Origin: Desulfobacterales bacterium
GTDB lineage: Bacteria; Desulfobacterota; Desulfobacteria; Desulfobacterales; UBA2245
DNA: 20,000 bases
NCBI GenBank assembly: GCA_040771865.1
Contig: JAXGZF010000012.1
Location: 47,639-67,638 of the forward strand
Direction: 5' to 3'
Of the stretch, positions 9,952-18,646 are shown piece by piece. A program made the translations under genes and the position numbers. A model generated the notes under the pieces. That model did not search any database and was not told where the DNA came from. It saw only the letters and a list, made by a program, of their open reading frames with translations. Each line of letters opens with the position of its first letter. Positions within the stretch are counted from its first letter, which is position 1.

Positions 9952-10671
9952 ATGGCGGAAAAGCCGAAGGTGGGTTGTGCGCGTCCGACCGGCGGGCTGG
10001 TCGGACAGCCGGAGGCAAAACAGGAACAGCAGACATCGCAACCAGCAAAGGAGGTGAGAACCATGATACAGGTAGGAAAACCAGCCCCTGATTTCGTCGC
10101 GCCTGCATATCACAAAGGGGAGTTCACATCCGTTAAGTTGTCCGAGCATCTGGGCAAGTGGGTTGTTCTGTGCTTTTATCCCGGCGATTTCACATTTGTC
10201 TGAGCGACTGAAATATCGGCGGTCGCCGATAATTATAAGAAATTCCAAGACCTTGGCGTTGTACTGTTTTCGATGAGCGTGGACAGCATTTTTGTACACA
10301 AGATGTGGAACGATCATGAACTGTCCAAGATGGTCAAGGGGGGCGTTCCCTTCCCGATGCTTTCAGACGCGGGCGGAAAAGTCGGAACCGCTTATGGCGT
10401 ATATGATGAAGGTGCAGGGGTTGAGAACCGAGGCAGATTTATTATCGATCCGGATGGCATTATCCAGGCATTCGAGGTTCTCACGCCGCCGGTGGGCAGA
10501 CACGTGTCCGAAACCATCCGGCAGATCCAGGCCTATCAGCATGTGAGAAACAGCAAAGGGACCGAGGCAACCCCATCAGGATGGAAGCCCGGCAAAATGA
10601 CCCTCAAACCTGGCCCGGAACTTGTGGGCAGGGTGTGGGAAGTCTGGAAAACAAGCATGGAGGCCGACTAG
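9952..10671 (+). CDS. prxU: Selenocysteine-containing peroxiredoxin (AhpC/Prx1 family, PrxU-like); TGA at 10201-10203 read as Sec; alternative start at 10063
   Basis: Track ORFs 9889..10203 and 10273..10671 are one frame separated by a single [20 protein letters not shown], where AhpC has FTFVCPTE. Frame continues [43 protein letters not shown] before both 9952 and 10063. Confidence 0.93.
10214..10231 (+). promoter_or_regulatory. Bacterial SECIS-like hairpin
   Basis: Perfect 7-bp stem TATCGGC/GCCGATA with GGTC loop, starting 10 nt after the in-frame TGA. Confidence 0.8.
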
Positions 10672-10737
10672 TCCTGCTGTCAAATTCGGTATGCACGTCT
10701 TGCTGATGACTGACCAAGAAATAATGATATACAATGG

Positions 10738-10783
10738 ACGGCGGTTTGGAAGAAATGATTTATTCTAACCCGCCGTTTTTTTT
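10738..10783 (+). terminator. Rho-independent terminator of the peroxiredoxin gene
   Basis: ACGGCGG..TGGAA / TTCTA..CCGCCGT stem followed by a T run to 10783; lies between convergent prxU and sbcC. Confidence 0.65.
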
Positions 10784-10790
10784 ATCTAAT

Positions 10791-13700
10791 CTAAACTGAC
10801 CGTGACGGTCTGCCGGGCTGGATTTTTCCCTTGCAGCCCGGGCCGGATATCAGGCTTCTTCCTCCTGTTTGCGGTGTAACCTGGATGCGAGTGCCGATTC
10901 GCTCCCTGATGGCCGGTACGTGCGAAATGACACCGATTATCTTGCCATCCTGCTGCAGGCCCGCAAGCGTTTCGAGCGCCGTGTCCAATGCTTCCTCGTC
11001 CAGCGATCCAAAGCCTTCATCCAGGAACAGGGAATCGACCCGGACATTTTTGCTGGCCGTTTGAGACAGGCCAAGCGCCAGCGACAGGCTGACGATGAAG
11101 CTTTCGCCGCCGGAGAGATTCTGGGTGGACCGAACCTCTCCGGCCTGATAGTTGTCGATGACATTGAGTTCCAGAGGCTGAACATCGTCCCGGATCAGCA
11201 GGTAACGGTCGGTCATTTTCCGTAACTGCCGGTTGGCGTGGCCGACCATCATTTCAAAGGTCAACCCCTGAGCAAAGTTTCGGTATTTCTTCCCGTCGGC
11301 CGAACCAATGAGTTCATGGAGCAAATCCCATCGTGCGCTTTCCTTCTTTTGCGCTTCAATGGCCAAAGCCCGTTCCCGCTGCTTTTGTTTCAGATTCTCG
11401 TTGTCCTTGAGTTTCTGTCGAATGCCCCAGATCTCCTGCTGAAGCGCTTTCTGGTCGGCTGCCAGCAGCGTCAGCGCCTGATGGATTTCGTCCCGGGGTT
11501 GATCCGTAATCCGCCTCCGACGCTCGGCTTCCAGCAAGTTTATCTTGTCCTGTTCCCTGGACGTCAGTTCGGTTTTCTCGTCGGCCAGCTTCTGGGCATG
11601 CTGCGCCAGGGTTTTACGCTCGTCCTCCGGCAGGCATGCGGCCCTAAAGTTTTCTTCGTCGGTAAACCCAGATTTTTTGATTCGCATCAGGAATGCTTCT
11701 TCAGCCGGCTTCAGCTGCGCGGACCGTTCAGTTATCGATTTGCCCAGCCCTTCGATTCTGAATTTCAGCTGACCGAGTTTCTGTGCCGCCGTATTCAGTT
11801 TTTGGCGGGATGCTTCCAGATCGTTTTCAGCAGCCTCAACAGCTGTCGAAAGACGGAGTTCTTCATCATCAGGGTTTTTATCGCCGAATATTTCGCGCCG
11901 CTTTTGACTCAGGGCCTCTTGTTCGCGGAGCAGGTCATTGAACAGTTTGCGTTGTTTCATGATCTCTTCGTTGGACTTATGAATCTGTTCAGCCTGATGG
12001 CGTGTCTGACTCTCCAGCGCGGTAATGGTGTGATCCAGTTCCGACTTTTTTTTCTGACGCGAAACCCACTGGTCACGGTGGTCTATCAGCCGGGCCTGAA
12101 TCTGATCCAGAGTCTCGAACGTTACGGCTTGTACCCCATAAGCAGAAACATCCTGCCGCAATATTTCCAAGGACTTCTCCTGCTGTGACCGTAGCGACTC
12201 AACCTCCTTGCCGAGCCTTTCAATCAGCTGCCCGTTGAGATCCTTGTTGTGAAAAGCGGTCTGCGTCTCGCGTTCCGCCCGTGCAACCGTTTCTCTGGCT
12301 TTTTCCAGCGATTCGCGCAGTTTGATTGTTTCCTTTTCAGCGTTTTCGGCGGTTTGTACGATTCGGGTTGCGTGATCCAGTTTTGCCGCATTTTCATTCC
12401 CAAGCCTTTCCAGTTTATCGTTCAGATTCGGATCGGCGGCATCAAGGGGGAGGTCGGAGCAGGCCCGGCGAATCAGGTCGTTCGATTCCGCAATTTTCTC
12501 GGAATGCTCCTTCTGGCTGGAATCGACTTGCTCAAGGTCTTTTTCCACTCTGGCCTGTTTAACCTTCAATCCGGAAACAGCGTTATTCGCTGCTTTCAAG
12601 TCGGCTCTGACCCGGCCAAGCCGTTGCCGGGTTTCATCCGGAACCGGGATGTTGCCATCAGCGAACGGGTGTTCCTTGGCGCCGCACAGCGGGCAGGCTT
12701 CGCCATCCTGAAGCTGGCGTCTGGCTTCCTTGAAATCCTCGATTTTCTTCAGCAGGGATAGCTGTGTTTCCAGCAGGCCCATTTCCTTCTCCAGAGAAAC
12801 CTGCTTCTCAACCTGAATTCGAAGTTGCGCGGTCAGGCTTGAATTTTCGGCAACAAGCGCTTCATGGCGTTTTCCCGTCTGATCAAGAACCTGCCTTGAT
12901 TTTGCAAGGGACCGCGCCGCCTCGCGGACCTGGGCAAAAAGAGATTTCTGCGTTGTCAGAGACAATACGCAATTGCGCCAGTCTGACAGTTCTCTGCCGT
13001 TCAGAATGCCCTTGATCTCCACCTGCTTTCGCGACAGTTTGCCTTGATCGTCGTCCAAGCCGCGTTTCAGGGCTTCCAGATTTTCAGACAGCTTTTTCCA
13101 TGTCCGTGTGGATGCTGCCGACTGCTCCTCGGCCGCATCACGCTCCTTGAGCTTGCCGATCAGCTGTGCATGAAGGTTTTTCAGGGCTTCGACTTGACCC
13201 CGAATTCCTGCCAGGCGTTCGATCAGCCCTTCGTCGGCCTTTGTTTCTTCGAGCTGCTTTTGCAATGCTTCGAGGGCTTTTTGTCTGCCGTTCAGATCGG
13301 CGCAGTCTTTACCCTGTCTGGAGCGGAGTGCTTCAAAAGATTTTTCGTATTCGGAAATGGAATTGAAAGCCTCCTGGACGCGCGCATTTTGTTCCCGGAT
13401 TTTCAGATCCAGTTCTCTTGTCAGGCGGATGACCGGTACTGCTTCTTTTTGCTCGGACTTTCTTTGATCGAGCTGCCCGCCGGCTGTTTTCACGGCGCCG
13501 TTTGTCTCCTTTTCAACCGCTTCGAGAGCGGGAAATAATTTCAAGCAGTCGCCGAGATTCCCCTGGTCGGCCTCCTGCTCTCTCCGGAGCGACGTCAGTG
13601 CGGCGTATTCGCCAGCCAGTTCAAGTGCCTGAACGGCTTGCCTGAGTTTTTCCTGCTCGGGAGCGAACGCTTCTTGTCGGGCATATAGATCCTGCTTCTG

Positions 13701-14492
13701 GAGCTGAAGGAGCTTTAAGTCTTCTTCAAGACGGGAGATTCCGTCAATCCAGGAAAGCGCCTGGTTCTTCAGGACGATCTTCCGGCTCAGCTCTGTATCC
13801 TGTTCGGTTTTCTGCGCCAGGCTGATGTTGAGCAGTTGCTCATCTTCTGGGCTCAAAAGCTGTATGCCGGCGAGTTCGGACTGCAGCGCATCGAGCTTTT
13901 TTCGTTCCTCGGAACGGCGTTCATGAACGCGCATGGATATCCGGCTGTAAATCTCCGTCCCGGTGATTTGCTCCAGGATCGGCGCCCGTTCATCGGGACC
14001 AGCCTGCAGAAATACCGCAAAACTCCCCTGGGCAAGCAGCATGGAGCGGGTAAACCGATCAAAGTCCATGCCGGTGGCTGTTTCAATCTGCTCGGCAACG
14101 CCTCGAATTTTTGCCTCGAAAATTCGTCCGGAATCGGCATCGGCAATTTCATGCCTCGGCGCCTGCAGCTCTCCGTCGGGTTTTTTGCGCGCCCGGTGTT
14201 GACTCCAGTGGCATCGGAAACGGCCTGCCTGAGTTTCAAATGTCACCTCGGCATAGCACTCACCGGTCTGGCGGGACATGAGCTCGTTCCCGCCTTTGTT
14301 GATCCTGCTGAGGCGGGGTGTGCGCCCATAGAGCGCCAGACAGATGGCATCAAGGATGGTGGTCTTGCCTGAACCGGTCGGACCGGTAATGGCAAAAATG
14401 CCGTCCGAGGCAAAGGCCGGGTGCGTAAGGTCAATCTCCCATTCGCCAACCAGTGAGTTCAGGTTTTTGAAACGTACCTGCAAAATCCGCAT
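10791..14492 (-). CDS. sbcC: Exonuclease SbcCD subunit C (Rad50-like ATPase)
   Basis: Walker A GPTGSGKT, long coiled coils, zinc hook CPLCG, signature LSGGE, Walker B FLDEGFGSLD, ISH. Confidence 0.96.
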   Translation of the reverse strand: MRILQVRFKNLNSLVGEWEIDLTHPAFASDGIFAITGPTGSGKTTILDAICLALYGRTPRLSRINKGGNELMSRQTGECYAEVTFETQAGRFRCHWSQHRARKKPDGELQAPRHEIADADSGRIFEAKIRGVAEQIETATGMDFDRFTRSMLLAQGSFAVFLQAGPDERAPILEQITGTEIYSRISMRVHERRSEERKKLDALQSELAGIQLLSPEDEQLLNISLAQKTEQDTELSRKIVLKNQALSWIDGISRLEEDLKLLQLQKQDLYARQEAFAPEQEKLRQAVQALELAGEYAALTSLRREQEADQGNLGDCLKLFPALEAVEKETNGAVKTAGGQLDQRKSEQKEAVPVIRLTRELDLKIREQNARVQEAFNSISEYEKSFEALRSRQGKDCADLNGRQKALEALQKQLEETKADEGLIERLAGIRGQVEALKNLHAQLIGKLKERDAAEEQSAASTRTWKKLSENLEALKRGLDDDQGKLSRKQVEIKGILNGRELSDWRNCVLSLTTQKSLFAQVREAARSLAKSRQVLDQTGKRHEALVAENSSLTAQLRIQVEKQVSLEKEMGLLETQLSLLKKIEDFKEARRQLQDGEACPLCGAKEHPFADGNIPVPDETRQRLGRVRADLKAANNAVSGLKVKQARVEKDLEQVDSSQKEHSEKIAESNDLIRRACSDLPLDAADPNLNDKLERLGNENAAKLDHATRIVQTAENAEKETIKLRESLEKARETVARAERETQTAFHNKDLNGQLIERLGKEVESLRSQQEKSLEILRQDVSAYGVQAVTFETLDQIQARLIDHRDQWVSRQKKKSELDHTITALESQTRHQAEQIHKSNEEIMKQRKLFNDLLREQEALSQKRREIFGDKNPDDEELRLSTAVEAAENDLEASRQKLNTAAQKLGQLKFRIEGLGKSITERSAQLKPAEEAFLMRIKKSGFTDEENFRAACLPEDERKTLAQHAQKLADEKTELTSREQDKINLLEAERRRRITDQPRDEIHQALTLLAADQKALQQEIWGIRQKLKDNENLKQKQRERALAIEAQKKESARWDLLHELIGSADGKKYRNFAQGLTFEMMVGHANRQLRKMTDRYLLIRDDVQPLELNVIDNYQAGEVRSTQNLSGGESFIVSLSLALGLSQTASKNVRVDSLFLDEGFGSLDEEALDTALETLAGLQQDGKIIGVISHVPAIRERIGTRIQVTPQTGGRSLISGPGCKGKIQPGRPSRSV

Positions 14493-14503
14493 CAGCCGCC
14501 TCT

Positions 14504-15733
14504 CTATTCTGCCCGGGAATCGTCTTCATTGAGAGACATGACGACTTCCTGATGGGCGCGAAGCAAATCCGGCCTCTGAGCTTCCGGCACTTCGTGAACC
14601 GTCATGCAGCGCTCGAATACCTCGTTGACGTTCAGGTCATAGAGCGTTTCATTGTCGTGGAACTGATTGAGAACCCGATCGATGATCCGGTTGTTCTTCA
14701 CGCGCAGAATTTCCATTTCCGAGCCGGAAACGAGCGCATCCAGCCGTTCGCGTAAATCGCCGATGACCTCATCGCCTTCGTAAACGACTTCGAGCCAGGC
14801 CTGAGAACCTGTGGCCGACAGTTCAAGAATTCTGGCCGACAGTATGTCCCAGTCGCCCTTGACGCGCTCGATTTTTTGAAAAACGGGCGCCTTGACAAGC
14901 CGGACATCGGCTTCGGCGCCGGAAAAATCGACCAGACAGACGCTTTTTTCCTGCTTTGCTTCCCCAAATCCCATGGGCAGAGGGGAGCCACTGTAGCGCA
15001 TCAGATCGGAATTATTGACTTTCTGCGGAACATGAAGATGGCCAAGGGCCAGATAATCCAGGCCGTCAGGGAAAATTCCGGCTGAGACATGGGCCAGGGA
15101 GCCGATATAGAGTTCCCGGACGCCGTCCCCATCGACGGTTTGTCCACCGCTGGTGAAAAGATGCCCCATGGCGATGATGGGGACCTCGGCGCCCAGCTTC
15201 GCGCGCTTCTGCCCGGCCAGAGCGGCCGCCTCGGCATAGTGGCGGCGGATGCCTTCGATCAGCTTTCGCTCCTTGTCTTCTATTGTCTCACCGGCTTCAA
15301 CCATCCGGATATCGCGGTCTCGAAGGTATGGGACGGCACAGACGATCAGTTCCGCGGAACCATCGCTCGTTCTGAGGACAAGAACCTCGTCTTCCAGATT
15401 GTCGGAGACACTGCCGATCACGTGAACATTGAGCGCCTTGAGCAACTCCCTGGGCGCAGCGAGAAATGAAGGAGAATCGTGATTGCCCGCAATGACCACA
15501 ACATGACGGCAGGGCGAGGCCGCGATGCGTGATAAGAACCGGTAATAAAGCTCCTGCGCAAGATTGCTCGGGGAACTGGTGTCGAATATATCGCCCGCGA
15601 CCAGCAGAGCATCGACCTTTTCCTGGTGAATTGTGTCTGCCAACCAGCTTAGAAAGGCCGCGAACTCCTTGTAACGCTTTCGGCCACACAGGGTCCGCCC
15701 AATATGCCAGTCAGATGTGTGAAGAATTTTCAT
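14504..15733 (-). CDS. sbcD: Exonuclease SbcCD subunit D (Mre11-like nuclease)
   Basis: LHTSDWH, AGDIFD, GNHDS, MGHL, LGHLH, YSGSP; 11 nt upstream of sbcC. Confidence 0.96.
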   Translation of the reverse strand: MKILHTSDWHIGRTLCGRKRYKEFAAFLSWLADTIHQEKVDALLVAGDIFDTSSPSNLAQELYYRFLSRIAASPCRHVVVIAGNHDSPSFLAAPRELLKALNVHVIGSVSDNLEDEVLVLRTSDGSAELIVCAVPYLRDRDIRMVEAGETIEDKERKLIEGIRRHYAEAAALAGQKRAKLGAEVPIIAMGHLFTSGGQTVDGDGVRELYIGSLAHVSAGIFPDGLDYLALGHLHVPQKVNNSDLMRYSGSPLPMGFGEAKQEKSVCLVDFSGAEADVRLVKAPVFQKIERVKGDWDILSARILELSATGSQAWLEVVYEGDEVIGDLRERLDALVSGSEMEILRVKNNRIIDRVLNQFHDNETLYDLNVNEVFERCMTVHEVPEAQRPDLLRAHQEVVMSLNEDDSRAE

Positions 15734-15939
15734 TCGGAAAACAGATCCTTCATCGCAACTCCTTTTTTTTAACTTCGAAACACACGAAAAACACGAACCG
15801 TTTCATACGGCAAACGTCCTGGTAATAGAATCAAGCTGCGTCGTGTAAGTTGATTGCCAGTCGGTTGAGCGGAATCGGTTTGTTTTCAACTGTTCGAGGA
15901 CTCGTGCATTGTTCGCGCCGAAACCCTGTTGACTCGGGT

Positions 15940-15990
15940 AAAAAGAAAACCCGTCGTTTCGAAGAATGATCTCGAAGAGACGGGTTTTCT
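15940..15990 (-). terminator. Rho-independent terminator downstream of the repeat lipoprotein (possibly bidirectional)
   Basis: Perfect 12-bp inverted repeat AGAAAACCCGTC (15944-15955) / GACGGGTTTTCT (15979-15990), inner TTCGA/TCGAA pairing, A tract on the left. Confidence 0.65.
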
Positions 15991-16158
15991 GCTTTATTTT
16001 TGGGACGGTGCCCATCAATTTTGCACAGCAGGTTGCCTAATAATACAAACCATTTCGGGCGTCCGGCTGGAATAAAAAAATTCAGGCTTCTGTTGTCAGC
16101 AAGCGCGATACCGGATAAAAACTTCGTCAACCTTGCCGTTGTGCTCAATAACTTAGTA

Positions 16159-16620
16159 TTACTTGGCCGTTTCCTTTGCCTCGCCTGCCGCTTCCTGGGC
16201 GGGAGCTACAGCTTCTTTGGCCACTTCAACGGCCTTCTCAACAGCTGCACCCGCGGCTTCCTGTGTGGCGGTCGCCGCTTCCTGGGTTACTTGCGCTGCC
16301 TTCTCAACAGCTGCGCCCGCTGCTTCCTGAGTGGCGGTCGCCGCTTCCTGAGTTGCTTCCGTCGCCTTTTCTACAGCTGCACCCGCGGCTTCCTGTGTGG
16401 CGGTCGCCGCTTCCTGGGTTACTTCCGCTGCCTTCTCAACAGCTGCGCCCGCTGCTTCCTGGGTTGCTTCCGCTGCCTTCTCAACGGCTGCGCTTGGCGC
16501 CTGCGTGGTAACAGGTGCGGCCTCCTTGGTTTCTTTGGCGGCTTTTTTCGCTTCGTCGCTACCGCAACCATAGAATCCCATCAAGAGCAGGCCAGCAAGG
16601 ATAAATGCAATTTTTTTCAT
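16159..16620 (-). CDS. Ala/Glu/Thr-rich repeat lipoprotein of unknown function
   Basis: Signal peptide with lipobox MKKIAFILAGLLLMGFYG-C; AGGAGGG RBS; mature part is almost entirely AAVEKA.E.TQEA repeats. Confidence 0.85.
   Translation of the reverse strand: MKKIAFILAGLLLMGFYGCGSDEAKKAAKETKEAAPVTTQAPSAAVEKAAEATQEAAGAAVEKAAEVTQEAATATQEAAGAAVEKATEATQEAATATQEAAGAAVEKAAQVTQEAATATQEAAGAAVEKAVEVAKEAVAPAQEAAGEAKETAK
16232..16493. repeat. Intragenic tandem repeat: three 66-bp units, one 45-bp unit and a partial unit
   Basis: Units start at 16232, 16298, 16364, 16430 and 16475 (GCCTTYTCWACRGCTGC...); each 66-bp unit encodes the 22-mer AGAAVEKAAEVTQEAATATQEA or a close variant. Confidence 0.9.
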
Positions 16621-16862
16621 GGCGTTTCCCTCCTGTTATACTGTTTAAGTTATTGTAAATATCTACTGCTTCGAATACATAAAGTCAAGGTATTTGGAAC
16701 CCATTTCATTTCTCGGCCATTTTCCTGATTTCTAAGTTCATGCTTATACACGGGTTTTCACTCTTGAGCTTTTTATGCTCAACGATCATGGGTAAACTGA
16801 ACACAGACGAAATCTTGTTTTTTCGACAAAGAAACCTGCCGCCAGCCTGGTCGGCCGCCGGT

Positions 16863-17834
16863 TCAACTGCCAAAGGCGCTGCTCACCAGACAGGCGGAAT
16901 AGCCGATGTAACAGGCCAGCAAGGCCCCGCCTTCGAATCGGTTGATACGGCCAGGACCCCGGAACCCGTAGCCGATAATAAACAGCGAGACGGTCAGCGC
17001 AGCCATGACCAGGATATCCCGTGAAAAAACTTCCGGCTCCACCGTCATCGGATGGATCGCTCCGGCGATTCCAACTACCGCCAGTGTATTGAACAGGTTG
17101 GAGCCGAGCACATTGCCCAGTGCGATATCGGCCTCTCCTCTGCGGGTGGCGATGATCGAAGCGGCCAGTTCCGGCAGCGAGGTTCCCACGGCAACGATGG
17201 TCAGGCCGATGATCATATCGCTGACGCCGAAGCTATGAGCAATTTTCACCGCACTCCAGATCAGGATGCGGGAACTGACGATCAGCATCACCAAACCGGC
17301 GATTAGCCAGAAGATCGCCCGGCGCAGCGGCATGGCGCGGATCTCCAGTTCCAGAGATATTTCTTTCCCCATCGGGTCTGCTTTTTTCCGCACGCCCTGC
17401 CAGATGGTCCAGGCCATCAAGCCGGCGAACACAGCGAGAAGCAGAACGGCATCGAACCGGGTAATCTCGCCGTCCCAGAGCTGCCAGGCGGCCAGAGCGG
17501 TCAAAACGGTAAGGATTGGAAGCTCCTTGCGCAAAACCTGAGAATGGACGGAGATGGGCCTGATCAAGGCCGTCACGCCCAGGATCAGGGCGATGTTGGT
17601 AATGTTCGAGCCGTAGGCGTTGCCAAGGGCGATGCCGGGATTTCCCTGGGAAGCGGCGAGCGCGGAAACCACCATTTCCGGCGCGGAAGTGCCGAAGCCG
17701 ACGATGACCATGCCGATCAACAACGGCGGCACGCTGAAATGACGGGCAGTGGAGGCTGAACCCTCCACAAAACGATCGGCGCTCCAGACCAGCAGCGCGA
17801 GACCAAAGGCAACAGCGATAAAAGGAAGCGTCAT
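16863..17834 (-). CDS. yrbG: Calcium/sodium antiporter (CaCA family, YrbG-like)
   Basis: Two alpha repeats: GFGTSAPE...GNAYGSNI and AVGTSLPE...GNVLGSNL; many TM segments. ATG at 17834 preferred over the track start 17879. Confidence 0.92.
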   Translation of the reverse strand: MTLPFIAVAFGLALLVWSADRFVEGSASTARHFSVPPLLIGMVIVGFGTSAPEMVVSALAASQGNPGIALGNAYGSNITNIALILGVTALIRPISVHSQVLRKELPILTVLTALAAWQLWDGEITRFDAVLLLAVFAGLMAWTIWQGVRKKADPMGKEISLELEIRAMPLRRAIFWLIAGLVMLIVSSRILIWSAVKIAHSFGVSDMIIGLTIVAVGTSLPELAASIIATRRGEADIALGNVLGSNLFNTLAVVGIAGAIHPMTVEPEVFSRDILVMAALTVSLFIIGYGFRGPGRINRFEGGALLACYIGYSACLVSSAFGS

Positions 17835-17886
17835 AGAATTCCTGTTTTCCTCTTCCTGGCGAGCCAGCCTAAAATACAAGTCCGCC

Positions 17887-18221
17887 TTATTTTAGGTTCG
17901 AGTAACTCTCTGAAATAATGGTCTCTATTATTTTGATCTCGTATCCCATGGCCCGGTAGCCGCGTTGGCGCTTGTCCCACATGCGGGCGAGCTATGTCTG
18001 ATCGGTCTCGGCGTAGTCGTAGATGCGCACATCCCGTTTGTTGGCGTGTTCCCGGTGCAGGCGACCGGCATACTGCTGCAAGGTTCCCTTCCAGGAGATC
18101 GGCATGGCCAGCACCAGCGTGTCGAGCGTCGGGTGGTCAGAAGAGCCTTAAGTCGGGCATTTTCTTCTCTCAGTTGTCTTTCTTCATCATACGCTTGCGG
18201 TGTTAGCTCAATCCTTGCCAA
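17887..18221 (-). pseudogene. Collapsed SF2 (DEAD/DEAH, Res-III-like) helicase gene, probably of the TOTE-type primase-helicase family
   Basis: Frame from 18138 reads DHPTLDTLVLAMPISWKGTLQQYAGRLHREHANKRDVRIYDYAETDQT*LARMWDKRQRGYRAMGYEIK (motif VI QxxGRxxR, internal TAG at 17994-17992). It is joined out of frame to YDEERQLREENARLKALLT. Family call is from recalled similarity. Confidence 0.8.
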
Positions 18222-18638
18222 ATCCGCACTCCGCTATCAAGTCGTCCATATCATCACCAACCCACCAGCCCCAATTGTGGCCCTCATGCCGCAAAAATTG
18301 AGAAAATCCACGCATGTCTCGCAGTAAAACACCGACAGTTCCGCCATCCCTTCCGGACGCCCGATGGCATTCTTGTAATCGGAGATCGCCTTCTTGGCTT
18401 TGGCGACGGAAACATCCTGATTGCGCATCACATCCGGACAAACCCAGCGGTCGATGGTGGCCTTGTACGGTTCGAGCACGTCCTCGCCCAGGGCAAAGCG
18501 GGCATGGAGAAAGGCCTGATTATTCTTGTCGGCGGCGTACAGATCCTGAATCAAGCCGAGCAGCGCCGTACGGTCGAGGTCGGCAAGCTGGCGCTTGAGG
18601 TCGCTCCAGGTCGGTTTTTTCTTGCTCGGTTTTCTCAT
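18208..18638 (-). pseudogene. Frameshifted conserved hypothetical protein (DUF6155-like)
   Basis: TWSDLKRQL...DLY...VAKAKKAISDYK...FYCE...FCGM in one frame; a plausible native C-terminus RHEGHNWGWWVGDDMDDLIAECGFGKD* in another frame, switching at about 18284-18293. Confidence 0.6.
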
Positions 18639-18646
18639 AAACCCCG

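Noticed and set aside
9889..10671. Peroxiredoxin as a nonsense pseudogene or two separate genes
   Set aside because: The only stop is a TGA at the catalytic codon followed by a SECIS-like hairpin; Sec recoding explains it better.
11238..14372. Several long plus-strand ORFs within sbcC
   Set aside because: Antisense shadows of a coiled-coil gene.
16232..16493. CRISPR array
   Set aside because: Repeats are contiguous, in frame, lack unique spacers, and no cas genes are present.
16000..16728. 242-aa plus-strand ORF with Cys/Arg repeats
   Set aside because: Antisense translation of the lipoprotein repeats; the minus strand has the RBS and lipobox.
16863..17834. Functional link between yrbG and kdsD as in the E. 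coli operon
   Set aside because: They are about 7 kb apart with unrelated genes between; probably coincidental.
17992..17994. In-frame TAG in the helicase fragment as pyrrolysine
   Set aside because: The gene is already deleted and frameshifted, and the site is non-catalytic; a simple nonsense change is more parsimonious.
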